Source: Mobula birostris
Taxonomy: Eukaryota
NCBI RefSeq assembly: GCF_030028105.1
Contig: NC_092386.1
Coordinates: 41,656,347 to 41,720,346 of the forward strand
Length of the DNA: 64,000 nt
Reading direction: 5' to 3'
Position 1 is the stretch's first letter, and each line of letters opens with the position of its first letter. The notes under the pieces are model-generated. The model was not told the DNA's origin and did no database searches. It worked only from the letters and a program-made list of their open reading frames with translations. Both the position numbers and the translations under genes were made by a program. Shown piece by piece: positions 10,721-23,469 of the stretch.

Positions 10721-13700
10721 TGTAGCTCATCAGCACTTTTGGTTTTATTTCTTTTCAGATAATGTGTGATCCTCTCCCCCGCCCCCCACGTGTCCCATGA
10801 ACTTTGATGAGTCTCCCCCCCCACATACTATGTGAACTTTGTTATCTTTACCAATAGTATTCATGTTTTGTGACCTTTGCCATTTATTTTCAGTCCTATT
10901 TTGCTGATGGTTTTCCTGCTGAACAGCCAGACAGCCTGTCACTAAGGGCCAGAGAAGTATTAATGCCATTTGCTCTGAAGCAGCCAGGATTACTCAATAT
11001 ACCCTGACACCTGCTTTCTCCTCCTTTATAACTTGTGCAGACTTGCTTCTACTCCTGTCTATGATTCCATTAACCATTGCACAAACACAAAAGTCTAGAA
11101 CTGGCATTATGCAAGTTAGTCTCTTCCTGTGCTCTTCAGAGACAAACGAGGGATTTTTATCTAGATAGAACACTATCCAAACATTCATAGCACATGAAAA
11201 GATGTTCCTGGCATCTTCGCACTGTGATGCATTGCTCTTTTAAGATCGGTTGCTTCAGAATTGTCCAAATACTATCAACTTTGACCTTTCATTTTGAAGT
11301 AATTCTATACTGGAAAATTATTGTTAGTCTACAGTTTGTCTTGTGCTAAAATTTTTGTCCAATTGCCAGTTACTGCAGATTTTTGTTTTCTTGAAGCTGA
11401 GGATACAGAATAGAAAAAGAATATGAAACATAACCTTGGCCACATACCTTCGGGTTTCATTCCTGGCTTTGTTTTGGTCATCTTATTAACAGGACATGGA
11501 TAAGCACAACAAAATAAGGGTGCATCTTATTCAAGCAATAAAAGGCGGATATGTGACAAATTGTGCTGACTGATACCTTTACCTCCATCCACAGAAGCTG
11601 AAGTAGTGAAAACTTCAGTCATCCTTTCCAAGAATGGTAGTTCAAAGAAGTATGAGAGATACTTTTTAGGTTCTTCCGAACTCTACAAGAAATAATCCCA
11701 ATCCATTGCCTGCTAGAAGTGTTGCCGGCTTTAAGGCATATTGAACATGATAACCAGGCACATCACTTTCCACCCTCTAACATCATGGACTACATTAGGG
11801 CAGGCAGTCAATCCCACCACAAACACATCAGCAGCACTAAGCAATCTGAATTGCTATTTGGTGCCCCATGCAGCCAGCCAACATTCTCAATCTCAGACAA
11901 CTAATGCCAGAAGAACACAGTCCAGACCACTTTATGGCACACATTCATGTACTTTAAAACTTGAATTATGAAACCAACTGTTCACTGTGGAAAAATTTAA
12001 AACAGTCAAGTGTCTGAAACAGTTTTTTTTTCAGTAGATTGCAGCAGGGACTTTTGTTTGCAACATACATATAGTCTGACTTGGTACCTACCATTTTTTC
12101 TGCATGTTGCATATCTTCTGAAATGTTAATATAATCAAGTAAAAGCAGAAAAGCAAAATAGCAGTCATTGCATGTCTATGCACAAATCACACTGAAACAT
12201 CCCAGGATTTAGCATACCTTACTATCTACAAAATCAATGCCACCAGTTTCACTTCCAAAGACATCCCTGTCAGGCAAACTCAACCAATTAATCAGGTTTA
12301 ATGCTGAGATAGAAATAAACAATAACTAAATACTTCCCTTCAGTTAATCAGGAAGCTTAATGTGATGTTCATCAGGTCCCCTTCAAGTACAAATGAACAT
12401 CTAAAGTAACAAAAGTAGCGTTGAAAGATTGATCGACCCACGTTTAGCTTAGTAAAAATTATGCTTGCACAAGGAATGGAAATCCACAATGCTGGGATAC
12501 TTTGTTAAGCCTTCATTTACAGTCCATCAATATTTATTCTGTAGAATTTCCAAGGAGCTGGCTTCAATAAAGAGATGATTCAAACTTGTATCACGCTTGT
12601 TGAGGCACATCAAGCATTCGTTGTGTGTGGCAGGTCGATGAACTTTCCAACAGAACGCCTCCAATTTCACAATTCAGTGGTGCAGAGCACTGAGTAGGAG
12701 AGCAAGTTCCTCAGCACTGTGGTACACTGCAATGAAGTTAGGCAAATCAAGGAATAAGTCGTGCACTTGTGGTGTTCTCAAGGGAAAGAAGCCCAAAAAT
12801 TGGAAATGAGGTCAGAAATGGAAAGAGGGGAGGTTGGTCTAAGTTGATGAATGGGGAATGTTTGCTGTGCTGGGATTGGAAAAAAAGGGTCAGCAAATGG
12901 GACTGGAGTGGGTTGCTTGTGGGCTGGGAAGTTATCCACAATATTATTCAGCTAATCAAGCTGGAATGACAGCATTCGGGGTGATGAGGCAAAGTCTGCA
13001 AACTAGAGGGCTACGGTCACAGTGCGAGTGCCCAACAGATTCAGGTCATTAAAATTCCTTAAGTGCGAGGGCTGATTTGAGGTGGGTTCCCAGTATTGGA
13101 TGCACAGGCTGGCAATTGCTCAGTCAGAATTTGTCTGGTGCTGAAGCAGGCCTCGCAGGTGCATCTGTTTGTGTGGCCCATAGATTCTGCAACATGGACA
13201 AAACTCTCACAATCTTGGCTCACCTTACTGTCCAGTCTCTATCACTTGTTGTTGCATCAGGTGCATGGTGGATCTACAATAAAAATCATTGCTATTTGCA
13301 GTAAATTCCTCTATTTATAATTGAAAGTGAATCACGTAAAGTAATATGGAGTCATACGATCCAATTTCTAGACAGAAGAGTTTGTCTGCTTTTCCTTCTG
13401 CGTATTCTGTAGACATTGACGGGTGATAATGTCTGTTTCGTTAAGGCTTTACATTTAGGGATTTCCCTTAGTATGAACAGGGATGACAGGAAGAGTTGAA
13501 GTCAGCCAGAGCAACACCAACTACAGAACGTGAAAGGAAAAAGATGGACAGGATTGTATTCTCTTCAGATATAATTCCTGCAATTGATCTCCAAAAGAAT
13601 ATGCACTGCTGTTCTAAAACGACTGTGCCCTCTCATGGATTCATCTTCAGAAGAAGTATGTGCATGGAGCAAAAATACACTGACCACAAAATTCCACTCT

Positions 13701-13800
13701 ACAAACACATAAGAGCTAAATCTACAGGATTCCCTTAGAGTCATGGACCTTACAAATAGAAACAGTCTCTTTGGGTCTTTGAATCTAAGCAGATCATCAA

Positions 13801-13937
13801 GCACAAACAAGAGAAAATCTGCAGATGCTGAAAATCCGAGCAACACACACAAAATGTTGGAGGAACTCAGCAGGTCAAGCAACATCTGTGGAAAAGAGTA
13901 CAGACAACGTTTTGGGCCAAAACCCTTTGACAGGACT
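13801..13937 (-). mobile_element. Penelope-related short element with about 16-bp TSD
   Basis: Flanked by ctaagcag(g)atcatcaa at 13785-13800 and 13936-13952. Body ctgcagatgctgaaaatcc...ggaggaactcagcaggtcaagcaacatctgtgga...caggact. Confidence 0.85.
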
Positions 13938-14449
13938 AAGCAGGATCATCAACCACCCATTTACAACTGATCTTAAACTAATTCCATTTTATTCTGCTTC
14001 CACTCTCGTTAACTCCAGCAAGATAGTAGCATTTACCTATACACAGGGATATTTTACAGATGCTAATAAGCCATTCTAACACACACCTTAGGGATGAGCA
14101 TGTCCAGGCAAAGTCAAGATGATATCAGCAATGAAATCCAAAATATACAAAGGTTGAAGCCGGATTTTCAAGTGATTTACCTGAGGATTTCCTTTCAGCA
14201 TCTTTTTTCACCCTGTCTCCAAAATAATTCCCAAAATATCTCACATAATCAAGTTGCAAATGTCTCCATCAATCTTATAATGCAAATATCTGGAGTTATG
14301 CAACTCAAGAGAGAAAAACATGGCTACTTTAAAATAATAAAATGGTATTCTGCATTAGTTTCACTTTCAGCTGAGATTACTCACTTAATTTTCCATGCTG
14401 TGTTCTATGTTTGTTTCAAACAAGGTGTCTCTAGTTCACAGGTTATGGA

Positions 14450-14635
14450 AACATAGAAAACCTACAGCACAATACAGGCCCTTCAGCCCACAAATCTGTG
14501 CCAAACATGTCCCTACCTTAGAACTACCTAGGCTTACCCATAACCCTCTATTTTTCTAAGCTCCATGTATCCATCCAGGAGTCTCTTAAAAGACCCTATC
14601 GCTTCCACCTCCACCACTGCCACCGGCAGCCCACT
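14450..14635 (-). mobile_element. CR1 LINE 3' end fragment
   Basis: aacatagaaaacctacagcacaatacaggcccttcagccc tail followed by CR1 C-terminal sequence. Confidence 0.85.
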
Positions 14636-15884
14636 TTATAATTGTCATAATATTGTTACATTTTTATGTTCCAGTGTCTCATCATCACTTGAAAAACAAG
14701 CGGACATTGAAAAAGTTTTCCTCCTTTCCTTTTCAAGGAGCTCTTATGAAACCCCACTCATTCTTCCCATCTCTGGTTTCTACTGCACTCCCGCTCTTTG
14801 ACCACATTCTTACCAAGAGGGTCTATTACAACCATTTTTCCTTCCTGCTCCTAATGCAGGGTTTTGGCCCAAAAGGTTGACTGTCCTTTAGCCCACAGAC
14901 GTTGCACTCATCAGAAACCCTGCACAACCTGAAAAAGTCTTCTTCTTCTTAGGTTGTATCACAGATTCAAGAATGATTCATTTCCATTCTAGTTCTGTGA
15001 GCAGTAAGCTAGCTAATGAGGTCAACATGAGCACTGCAGCCTCAATAATGTGGATGTTGACCTGGAGAAGGACTCTGCTGTTGGACCAGTGAACTTGGAG
15101 GATTTTTGCAAAGGTAGTACTAAGTGTATTTTTCCTGGGCTTGGAGATGCTTGCTGAAGGTGGTCCAAGCCTCAGGAGCATGCAGGAGGGGATCACGGCT
15201 GTCTGATCTACCTTGAGTTCTGTGCTGGATCTGAGTTCTTAATCTACTGTACCCTTTCAATAATCAGCTAAATGCAACACAGGCCCACAAAAGGTGAATT
15301 TCAAGACTTTTGCTTTCACCAAAAAATGGCTCCTGAGATATGGGAATTGATCCACATTTTGAGGATGTCACTGTGAACCTTTATTGTTGGAGGCAGGTTG
15401 GTGTAGCAAGACATGTGTACCACACTATTGATGTGTCAGTTGCTAAGAAGGATTTAACATTAAAATCTGTTTTTTTTGTCCTCGTGGATATTAAAAATTT
15501 CATGACATTAATGGAGGACAAAGTACTCCCTCTGCGTTGGTACCTATTCACCCATGCTAGTCATTAACAATGAGCACAACTGCAAATCTAACTGATACAT
15601 TATTTTAACTGCAAATTCAGTACCACTATCAGATGTACTTTCCTTTTCACGCATTTCCTACTTGGTTGCTGTCTTTTGTGTAAGTTAACATCACCTCTGA
15701 AGTTTCAAGTCTGCAAGATACAGTTTCATAGTCTATTTTTGAAGAAACAAACGTGGGCTCAAAAGAATGAAATACTGCAATTTATCAAAGCACAAGATAA
15801 AAATGTTTGAATTTGCACAATAAATCTTGATTTGAACACTGTAAAAAAGTTGGGTGATGGGAAAAGTATAAGGTGCATAAAACA

Positions 15885-16045
15885 ACACACACAAAATGCT
15901 GGAGGAACTCTGCAGGTCAGGCAGTGTCTATGGAGAGGAATAAGCAGTTGATATTTCAGTCCAAGATCTTTCATCAAGAGTCCTGATGAAGGGTCTTAAC
16001 CTGAAATGTTGACTTTTCGGCATCTGCAGAATCTCTTGAGTTTAT
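15885..16045. mobile_element. Penelope-related inverted short element carrying a hammerhead motif
   Basis: Two arms joined head-to-head at about 15978. Flanking duplication gcataaaaca at 15875-15884 and 16051-16060. Confidence 0.85.
15979..16014 (+). ncRNA. Minimal type-I hammerhead ribozyme motif, CpG-decayed variant
   Basis: AGUC-CUGAUGA-AGG(gucuuaa)CCU-GAAAU-GUU-GACU. Stems I and II pair; GAAACGUC has decayed to GAAAUGUU. Confidence 0.55.
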
Positions 16046-16227
16046 GAAAAGCATAAAACATCTCTGGAGTTCAAATGAAAGAAACAAGTTAAGTATAGTA
16101 GCAAAAGGAAAAAATAACAGAAGTTCTGATAAATGAATGTAAGTTTAATGGATAAGGGAGGAGTCTGACGATGAGATGGCAACCATTTTTAGAATTCATT
16201 CAAACTCTATGAAAATGCTGGTAAATC

Positions 16228-17280
16228 CATATACTTTATACTTTATAAAGTATTGTTGCCAAACAATTGATACTAGAATGTACAATAATCACAGCGATAT
16301 TTGATTCTGCACTTCCTGCTCCCTGGAGTACAAATCTATATAAATATTAAAAATTTAAATTATGAGTCATAAATAGAAAATAGAAAAGGGAAAGTAAGGT
16401 AGTGCAAAAAAACTGAGAGGCAGGTCCGGATATTTGGAGGGTACGGCCCAGATCCGGGTCAGAATCCGTACAGCAGTCTTATCACAGTTGGAAAGAAGCT
16501 GTTCCCAAATCTGCCATATGAGTCTTCAAGCTCCTGAGCCTTCTCCCGGAGGGAAGAGGGACGAAAAGTGTGTTGGCTGGGTGGGTCGTGTCCTTGGTTA
16601 TCCTGGCAGCACTGCTCCGACAGCGTGTGGTGTAAAGTGAGTCCATTGGTTTGTGTGATGTGCTGGGCTGTGTTCATGACCTTCTGCTGCTTCTTCCGGT
16701 CTTGGACAGGACAACTTCCATACCAGGTTGTGATGCACCCTAGAAGAATGCTTTCTACGGTGCCAAATTTCTTTAGTTTTCTCAGGAAGTAAAGGCGCTG
16801 GTGGGCCTTCTTGGTAGTGGACTCTGCTTGGCTGGATCAAGTCAGGTCATTTGTGATATTGACCCCGAGGAACTTAAAGCTTTTGACCTGTTCCACTGGC
16901 ACACCACCAATGTAAGTGGGGTCGTGCGGTCCACTACTTCTTCTGAAGTCAACAACTAATTCCTTCATCTTGCTGACATTGAAGGATAGGTTATTGTCTT
17001 CGCACCATGCCAACAGGTTCTTAATTTTCTCTCTGTACTGAAACTCATCATTACCCGAGATATGGCCTACAATTGTGGTGTCATCAGCAAACTTGTATAT
17101 TGAGTTCGATGGAAACTTGGCTACACAATCATGAGTGTACAGTGAGTACAGCAGGGGGCTGAGTACACAGCCTTGTGGGGCACCAGTGCTCAGAGTGATT
17201 GTAAAGGAGAGCTTGTCCCCTACTTTTACAGCCTGGGTCCTGTCTATGAGGAAGTTGAAGATCCAGCTGCAGATCTGAGT
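16228..17280 (-). mobile_element. Rex1/Babar-type LINE, 3' portion
   Basis: Minus strand encodes TGAPQGCVLSPLLYSLYTHDC, KFADDTTIVG and terminal GNSFFPTVIRLL. (tatactt)n tail at about 16229-16246. Confidence 0.9.
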
Positions 17281-19484
17281 GTATATATTGCACCTTAAAC
17301 AGACTCAACTCCATGGAGACTTAAGAGCTGCTGAGGAGGGAAGTGTTTGACACTAAACAGTCCACAACTCTTGAAATTAGTGCCGGTATCAGAGGATAGG
17401 TGCGCATTTGATTTAAAGTCAAGGACATGAATAAATAAAGATTGAGACCATGAATAGGAAGGAATGATAGATATTAAGAAACTCACCCTTTGATGAATAA
17501 AAAAATGACAAAAGTTGTTGCTGTTTCATCATGAACGGGGAATGGAAGGTGAACTTCTGATTCTGCTATTGAATTGAACCATTTGTGACAAGACTAGAAA
17601 TTGTGAGCACTCAGGGTTTGTAGACTAGAGGACAGTGATGAATGTAGAGTGGTCTTCAGCAGAAGAGTGAATTTATGGTCAAGTAAACAAATGGTAATAT
17701 TACCTGTGAAAGACCATTAATTTTTACAGGACCGCACTTCGGGCTATTTGCCAGCACAGCAGTCATTTATACAAAAGTGTGATAAAATTCTGCCATAGAC
17801 CTATCAGCTCATTACCTGCTCCAGGTAATTGCCCATTTATTCACTATTACAGTGATTGAAGGTTTCTCCTACTGAATCTATCCAGTCTTGTTTTGATACG
17901 TATTTTATGTACGATACATAGGTGGATATTACTTTGGATACAACGCCAATTAATCTCTTTGCCAGCACTGTTTCAACAATTCATCGCATTTAAGAAAACA
18001 GTGAACAATATGGGCTTTTAGTTATGAGAATAAACTTGTGGATAAAAGGTGAGGAAAACAGTGAGTGAATGAACATTTTTAAACTTTTAGCTGAATAATT
18101 AGATTTTGCATCAGAAACAGAGATCCAGAATTTTTTTTTTGTTGAAAAGAAATGTTTTTGTTTAGGATTTCTGATGCAAGAGCACAGCATTAAAAGCAAG
18201 TTACAGTGATTCCACAGATCCTGTTGAATTGGTCTTTCCTATCCTGTTGTTATGCCCATATCTGTACTGTAATAATAAATTTTACTTTGAACTTTGAACT
18301 TTTCTCTCTCTAGAGTTCCAAATTGATCAGTTTCAAGATCCTTGTTCAAAATACCGTCACCCACCCTGGACTCTCTGCACCTCCGTTCACCCCTATGTTC
18401 CGAAGAAGACGAAGGGAACATTCAATCCCTATTTGTAAAATCTGGGAGCCCATTTTTTTTTAATCCCCTGTTCTAGGATTTCCATTGTGGTCAGATGTCT
18501 GCATTAAATTTCCAAACTCTGTGTTCCTCTATTTCATAGTTAATTTACTTCACAATGTTCCGCTAAAAATCCTCTGTGCAAGCTATACATTTCACGAATA
18601 GTCACTTGACTGCCTAATGCGTTTATTCATCCTTGGATTCACTTAGAGTACATCTTTCATACAGCTGTATTTGCCATGCCATCTTCAAAGGTTGATGGTA
18701 TGTTCCCTTTCTTAAATCTACTTCATTTTTGTATATATTAAGAGTATATTTTATTCTCTATTCTCTCCCCAGAACCAAGCCTATTTGTACTGCCATTTCC
18801 CTCATGAATACCATGGCTTGACATTTTATTGTAGTAATATGGATCTGCAGTCATCAGTCATAACTTAAGAAACAGCTCACAATGTAGAGCACAAATGGCT
18901 ATCTGGGATGTCTGCCAAGGACCACAGGTGAGACTGAGGACTTGTGGGGAGCCAATTTGTAGAGAGCATGTGTGTAATGTCTGAAAGCAGCCTTCAGTTT
19001 TAATGTAAATTGGGAAGTACCACTCCTGCCCCATCAGAATGACATAAATTCTCCTCCTTAAAAACCAGACATAGAGTTGGCTTTAAGAACCATGGCTTAG
19101 GCCACACGTAATTCTGGTAATCCTGAATACTGTAAGGTTTCATTTGCAGCTTTTTGCTTTGTTGTAAAGCAAGCAGTGTGTGAGCTGAAATATCTGGAAT
19201 ATCCCCTAGCCCAATTTTACAAGAACTGCCTGGACCTGCATGCAGTCTGAGGATTAAAGAACATGCAGATTGTCAGATCTATGAATTTTGTAATGGCAAA
19301 TGGGAACATTCTGTGCCATGTAAAAACAGGCTCACAAAGCTGTGTAGATAATTGTGTAACACAACACATGCAGTTGAAAATTCTTCCCAAGTTGCTTTAA
19401 AATGACACAATGTCAATGACAACTGGTGCAATACAATGTAGTACAGAAATGACTCATAGCATGTCTTAACATAAATGATGCAGT

Positions 19485-20153
19485 CTTATTACATGGGATA
19501 TTGCAAAATAATTTCTAACTCACGTCAGTCATCTGACACTACACCATGGTTAGAGAGAATAGTTTTTAAATAGAGTCATTTGGTGAATTTGTGTTCAAAA
19601 AGCAGTGATTTTTGTCAGTGATAGTTGGTGAGAAATAAGCAGTAAGACAATTTAGAATTCTTTTACTCACTGTAGTTTCAAGCATTCAGGCTTGGAGATG
19701 GCAGAAAGAGCCAGGAGTGAAAATGAAATGGTTTCACTGTTTCAAAGATTCAAAGAACACTTATTATCAAAGAATGTATAACCTTGAGATTTCCTTGCTT
19801 ACAAGTAGCACAAAGCAAGAAACCAGAAAGAACCAAATTTAAAAAAAAGACCAACACCCAATGTACAAGAGAAAAGAAAAAAAAACACAAATTTTGTAAA
19901 GAATTGAAGCCAGCAACAACATTCCGAACCAAATTGAGTCCTCAGATCTGGACCCTAGAGCAGCCCAGAGTAGGCCTAAAGCCTCACTTATCAGTTCATC
20001 ACGTCAGCCAGCATGGAGCACAGCAGCTGGGACGGTCTTCATCACCTCAGCACAATGGACAGAGGAGTGACCATCACAGAGAGCAAGCAAAATCAGCAAC
20101 TAGTTAGAACTATGAAGAATTTGAAGGGATTGACAATTATCTTGAATGAAACT
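19485..20153 (+). mobile_element. Tigger/pogo-like DNA transposon fragment, interrupted at about 19742-20094
   Basis: Reverse-complement homologous to 22915-23300, e.g. gatagttggtgagaaataagcagtaagaca versus tgtcctactgcttatttctcaccaactatc. FKHSGLEM resembles the pogo C-terminal motif region. Confidence 0.55.
19742..20094 (-). mobile_element. Truncated non-autonomous element with Rex/Babar-type tail
   Basis: (ttcaaaga)n tail and ttattatcaaagaatgtata, similar to the tails at 31485 and 33951. Confidence 0.6.
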
Positions 20154-21591
20154 ACCATTTATCTAAGTAACAACTTGTATTCAAATGAAATACAGAACAA
20201 ATTAAAACACTACAAATACCTCTACAGTACTGTAAGCTTGTGTTTTAGTTCCCAATTGGTATTGACAGAGGAAATCCTCCAGTGTACAGTACCATGATGT
20301 CTTGATTGACTGTAAATGAACAAAATCAGCGCAGAAACCTATTGCAGATAATGGACTGCCTCTGTACAGTGCTATGGACGATTGCATCCTCCAAATATTG
20401 ATTGCCACCTGATTGGTTCCAAGGGTTTGGACGGGGCAGGGTTTGTTAAGTGTGTCCAGGACGGATTCCTGTCACAGTATGTTGACAGGCCGACTCGGGG
20501 AAATGCCATACTAGATCTAGTACTAGGTAATGAACCGGGTCAGGTCACAGATCTCTCAGTGGGTGAGCATCTGGTGGACAGTGACCACCGCTCCCTGGCC
20601 TTTAGCATTATCATGGAAAAGGATAGAATCAGAGAGGACTGGAAAATTTTTAACTGGGGAAGGGCAAATATTGAGGCTATAAGGCTAGAGCTTGCGGGTG
20701 TGAATTGGGATGATGTTTTTGCAGGGAAACGTACTATGAACATGTGATCGATGTTTAGGGATCTCTTGCAGGATGTTAGGGATAAATTTGTCCCGGTGAG
20801 GAAGATAAAGAAATTTAGGGTGAAGGAACCATGGGTGACAAGTGAGGTGGAAAATCTAGTCAGGTGGAAGAAGGCAGCATACATGAGGTTGAGGAAGCTA
20901 GGATCAGATGGGTCTATTGAGGAATATAGGGTAGCAAGAAAGGAGCTTAAGAAGGGGCTGAGAAGAGCAAGAAGGGGACATGAGAAGGCCTTAGCGAGTG
21001 GGGTAAAGGAAAACCCCAAGGCATTCTTCAATTATGTGAAGAACAAAAGGATGACAGGAGTGAAGGTAGGACCGATTAGAGATAAAGGTGGGAAGATGTG
21101 TCTGGAAGATGTGGAAGTGAGCGAGGTCCTCAATGAATACTTCTCTTCGGTATTCACCAATGAGAGGGAACTTGACGGTGAGGACAATATGAGTGAGGCT
21201 GATGTTCTGGAGCATGTTGATATTAAGGCAGAGGAGGTGTTGGAGTTATTAAAATACATTAGGACGGATAAGTCCCCGGGGCCTGACAGAATATTCCCCA
21301 GGCTGCTCCACGAGGCGAGAGAAGAGATTGCTGAGCCTTTGGCTAGGATCTTTATGTCCTCGTTGTCTACAGGAATGGTACCGGAGGATTGGAGGGAGGC
21401 AAATGTTTTCCCCTTGTTCAAAAAAGGTAGTAGGGATAGTCTGGGTAATTATAGACCAGTGAGCCTTACGTCTGGGGTGGGAAAGCTGTTGGAAAAGATT
21501 CGTAAAGATAGGATCTATGGGCATTTAGAGAATCATGGTCTGAGCAGGAACAGTCAGCATGGCTTTGTGAAGGGCAGATCATGTCTAACAA

Positions 21592-21691
21592 CACACATAA
21601 AAGTTGCTGGTGAACGCAGCAGGCCAGGCAGCATCTCTAGGAAGAGGTGCAGTCGACGTTTCAGGCCGAGACCCTTCGTCAGGACTAACAA
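21592..21691 (-). mobile_element. 100-bp Penelope-related insertion within CR1 ORF2
   Basis: ctaacaa duplicated at 21585-21591 and 21685-21691. Removing the insert restores GRSCLTSLIELFEEVT in one frame. Confidence 0.92.
21651..21686 (-). ncRNA. Minimal type-I hammerhead ribozyme motif, intact core
   Basis: Minus strand reads AGUC-CUGACGA-AGG(gucucgg)CCU-GAAAC-GUC-GACU. Both conserved boxes (CUGANGA, GAAA) are present, with a 4-bp stem I, 3-bp stem II, palindromic ACGU stem III and a GUC cleavage triplet. Confidence 0.75.
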
Positions 21692-23469
21692 GCCTGATAG
21701 AGCTCTTTGAGGAGGTGACCAGGCATATAGATGAGGGTAGTGCAGTGGATGTAATCTATATGGATTTTAGTAAGGCATTTGACAAGGTTCCACACAGTAG
21801 GCTTATTCAGAAAGTCAGAAGGCATGGGATCCAGGGAAGTTTGGCCAGGTGGATTCAGAATTGGCTTGCCTGCAGAAGGCAGAGGGTCATTGTGGAGGGA
21901 GTACATTCGGATTGGAGGGTTGTGACTAGTGGTGTCCCACAAGAATCAGTTCTGGGACCTCTATTTTTCGTGATTTCGATGAACGACCTGGATGTGGGGG
22001 TAGAAGGGTGGGTTGGCAAGTTTGCAGATGACACAAAGGTTGGTGGTGTTGTGGATAGTGTAGAGGATTGTCGAAGATTGCAGAGAGACATTGACAGGTT
22101 GCAGAAGTGGGCTGAGAAGTGGCAGATGGAGTTCAACCCAGAGAAGTGTGCGGTGGTACACTTTGGAAGGACAAACTCCAAGGCAGAGTACAAAGTAAAT
22201 GGCAGGATACTTGGTAGTGTGGAGGAGTAGAGGGATCTGGGGGTACATGTCCACAGATCCCTGAAATTTGTCTCACAGGTGGATAGAGTAGTTAAGAAAG
22301 CTTATGGGGTGTTAGCTTTCATAAGTTGAGGGATAGAGTTTAAGAGTCGCAAGGTAATGATGCAGCTCTATAAAACTCTGGTTAGGCCACACTTGGAGGA
22401 CTGTGTCCAGTTCTGGTCGCCTCACTATAGGAAAGATGTGGAAGCATTGGAAAGGGTACAGATGAGATTTACCAGGATGCTGCCTGGTTTAGAGAGTATG
22501 GATAGTGATCAGAGATTAATGGAGCTAGGGTTTTACTCTTTGGAGAGAAGGAGGATGAGAGGTGACGTGATAGAGGTGTACAAGATATTGAGAGGAATAG
22601 ATAGAGTGGATAGCCAGCGCCTCTTCCCCAGGGCACCACTGCTCAATACAAGAGGATATGGCTTTAAGGTAAGGGGTGGGAAGTTCAAGGGGGATATTAG
22701 AGGAAGGTTTTTTACTCAGCAGGTGGTTTGCGTGTGGAATACACTGCCTGAGTCAGTGGTGGAGACAGATACACTAGTGAAATTTAAGAGACTACTAGAC
22801 AGGTATATGGAGGAATTTAAGGTGCGGGGTGGTACATGGGAGGCAGGGTTTGAGGGTCGGCACAACAATGTGGGCCGAAGGCCCTTTTCTGTGCTGTACT
22901 ATTCTATGTTCTATCTCCATTTTCATTTTAAAATTCAAGGTAATTGTTGATACCTTCAAAGTCTTCGCACTTCCTTATTTGTTGAAATAGTAAAATTATT
23001 TAATTTTCATTATCAACCATTTCTGGCATCTCGAAGCCTGAATGCTTGAAACCGCAGTGAACAAAACAATTCTGAAATGTCCTACTGCTTATTTCTCACC
23101 AACTATCAGTAACAAAAATCATTGTTTTTAAACACAAACACACACAACTAACACTATTTAAAAACTGTTTTCTCTAAGTACATGTAGAATCCAATGGCCA
23201 TCCAAGTGCATGCTACTAGTGCCTGTTAGAAGCTGCTCAGCAATCATTCCCTGTCCCGGTTAAGTGGCAGAGTCTCCCAAATAAAGAAGAGGAATCCCAG
23301 CTATTTTCTCAATTAGTTTTTGTTCTTTAAGAGTTGTCCCAAGTAAGCTGCTGCCCCAATTAACGGATTTCCCAGTTAACCTGAATCCATTTTATATAAA
23401 GACAAAATGCTAATTTTCAAAATGTGAAATCATTTAAATTAAATCAGTTAACTAAAACTGTTGCTGGCA

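Larger units (their letters stand above)
20390..22914 (+). mobile_element. CR1 LINE, young 5'-truncated copy with nearly complete ORF2 (C-terminal APE endonuclease plus RT)
   Basis: ORFs give PTRGNAILDLVLGN/SDH (APE), KSPGPD, NYRPVSLTS, QHGF, MDFSKAFDKVPH, GVPQ and KFADDTK (22018-22038). Tail ctattctatgttctat. Disabled by point stops (20745, 22228, 22327) and a 100-bp insertion. Confidence 0.97.
20154..23392 (-). mobile_element. Tigger/pogo-like element, opposite orientation, interrupted by CR1 20390-22914
   Basis: Sequence reads through on both sides of the CR1 (tgcatcctccaaat...ctccattttcatttt). Terminal repeats cccaattaac / cccagttaacctgaatcca near 23355-23390. Confidence 0.55.

Noticed and set aside
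10745-10969. ORF starting with a signal-peptide-like MALILLWPLVTGCLA
   Set aside because: The remainder is unstructured and runs through G tracts into a repeat; no family resemblance.
17730-17829. Possible 95-nt exon (tttttacag|G...CAG|gtaatt), with the donor inside an 8-bp hairpin attacctg-ctc-caggtaat
   Set aside because: Short pyrimidine tract, not frame-preserving and the peptide is unrecognised; a single 8-bp stem is expected by chance.
20540-22254. Long antisense ORFs over the CR1
   Set aside because: Shadow ORFs of the CR1 ORF2 reading frame.
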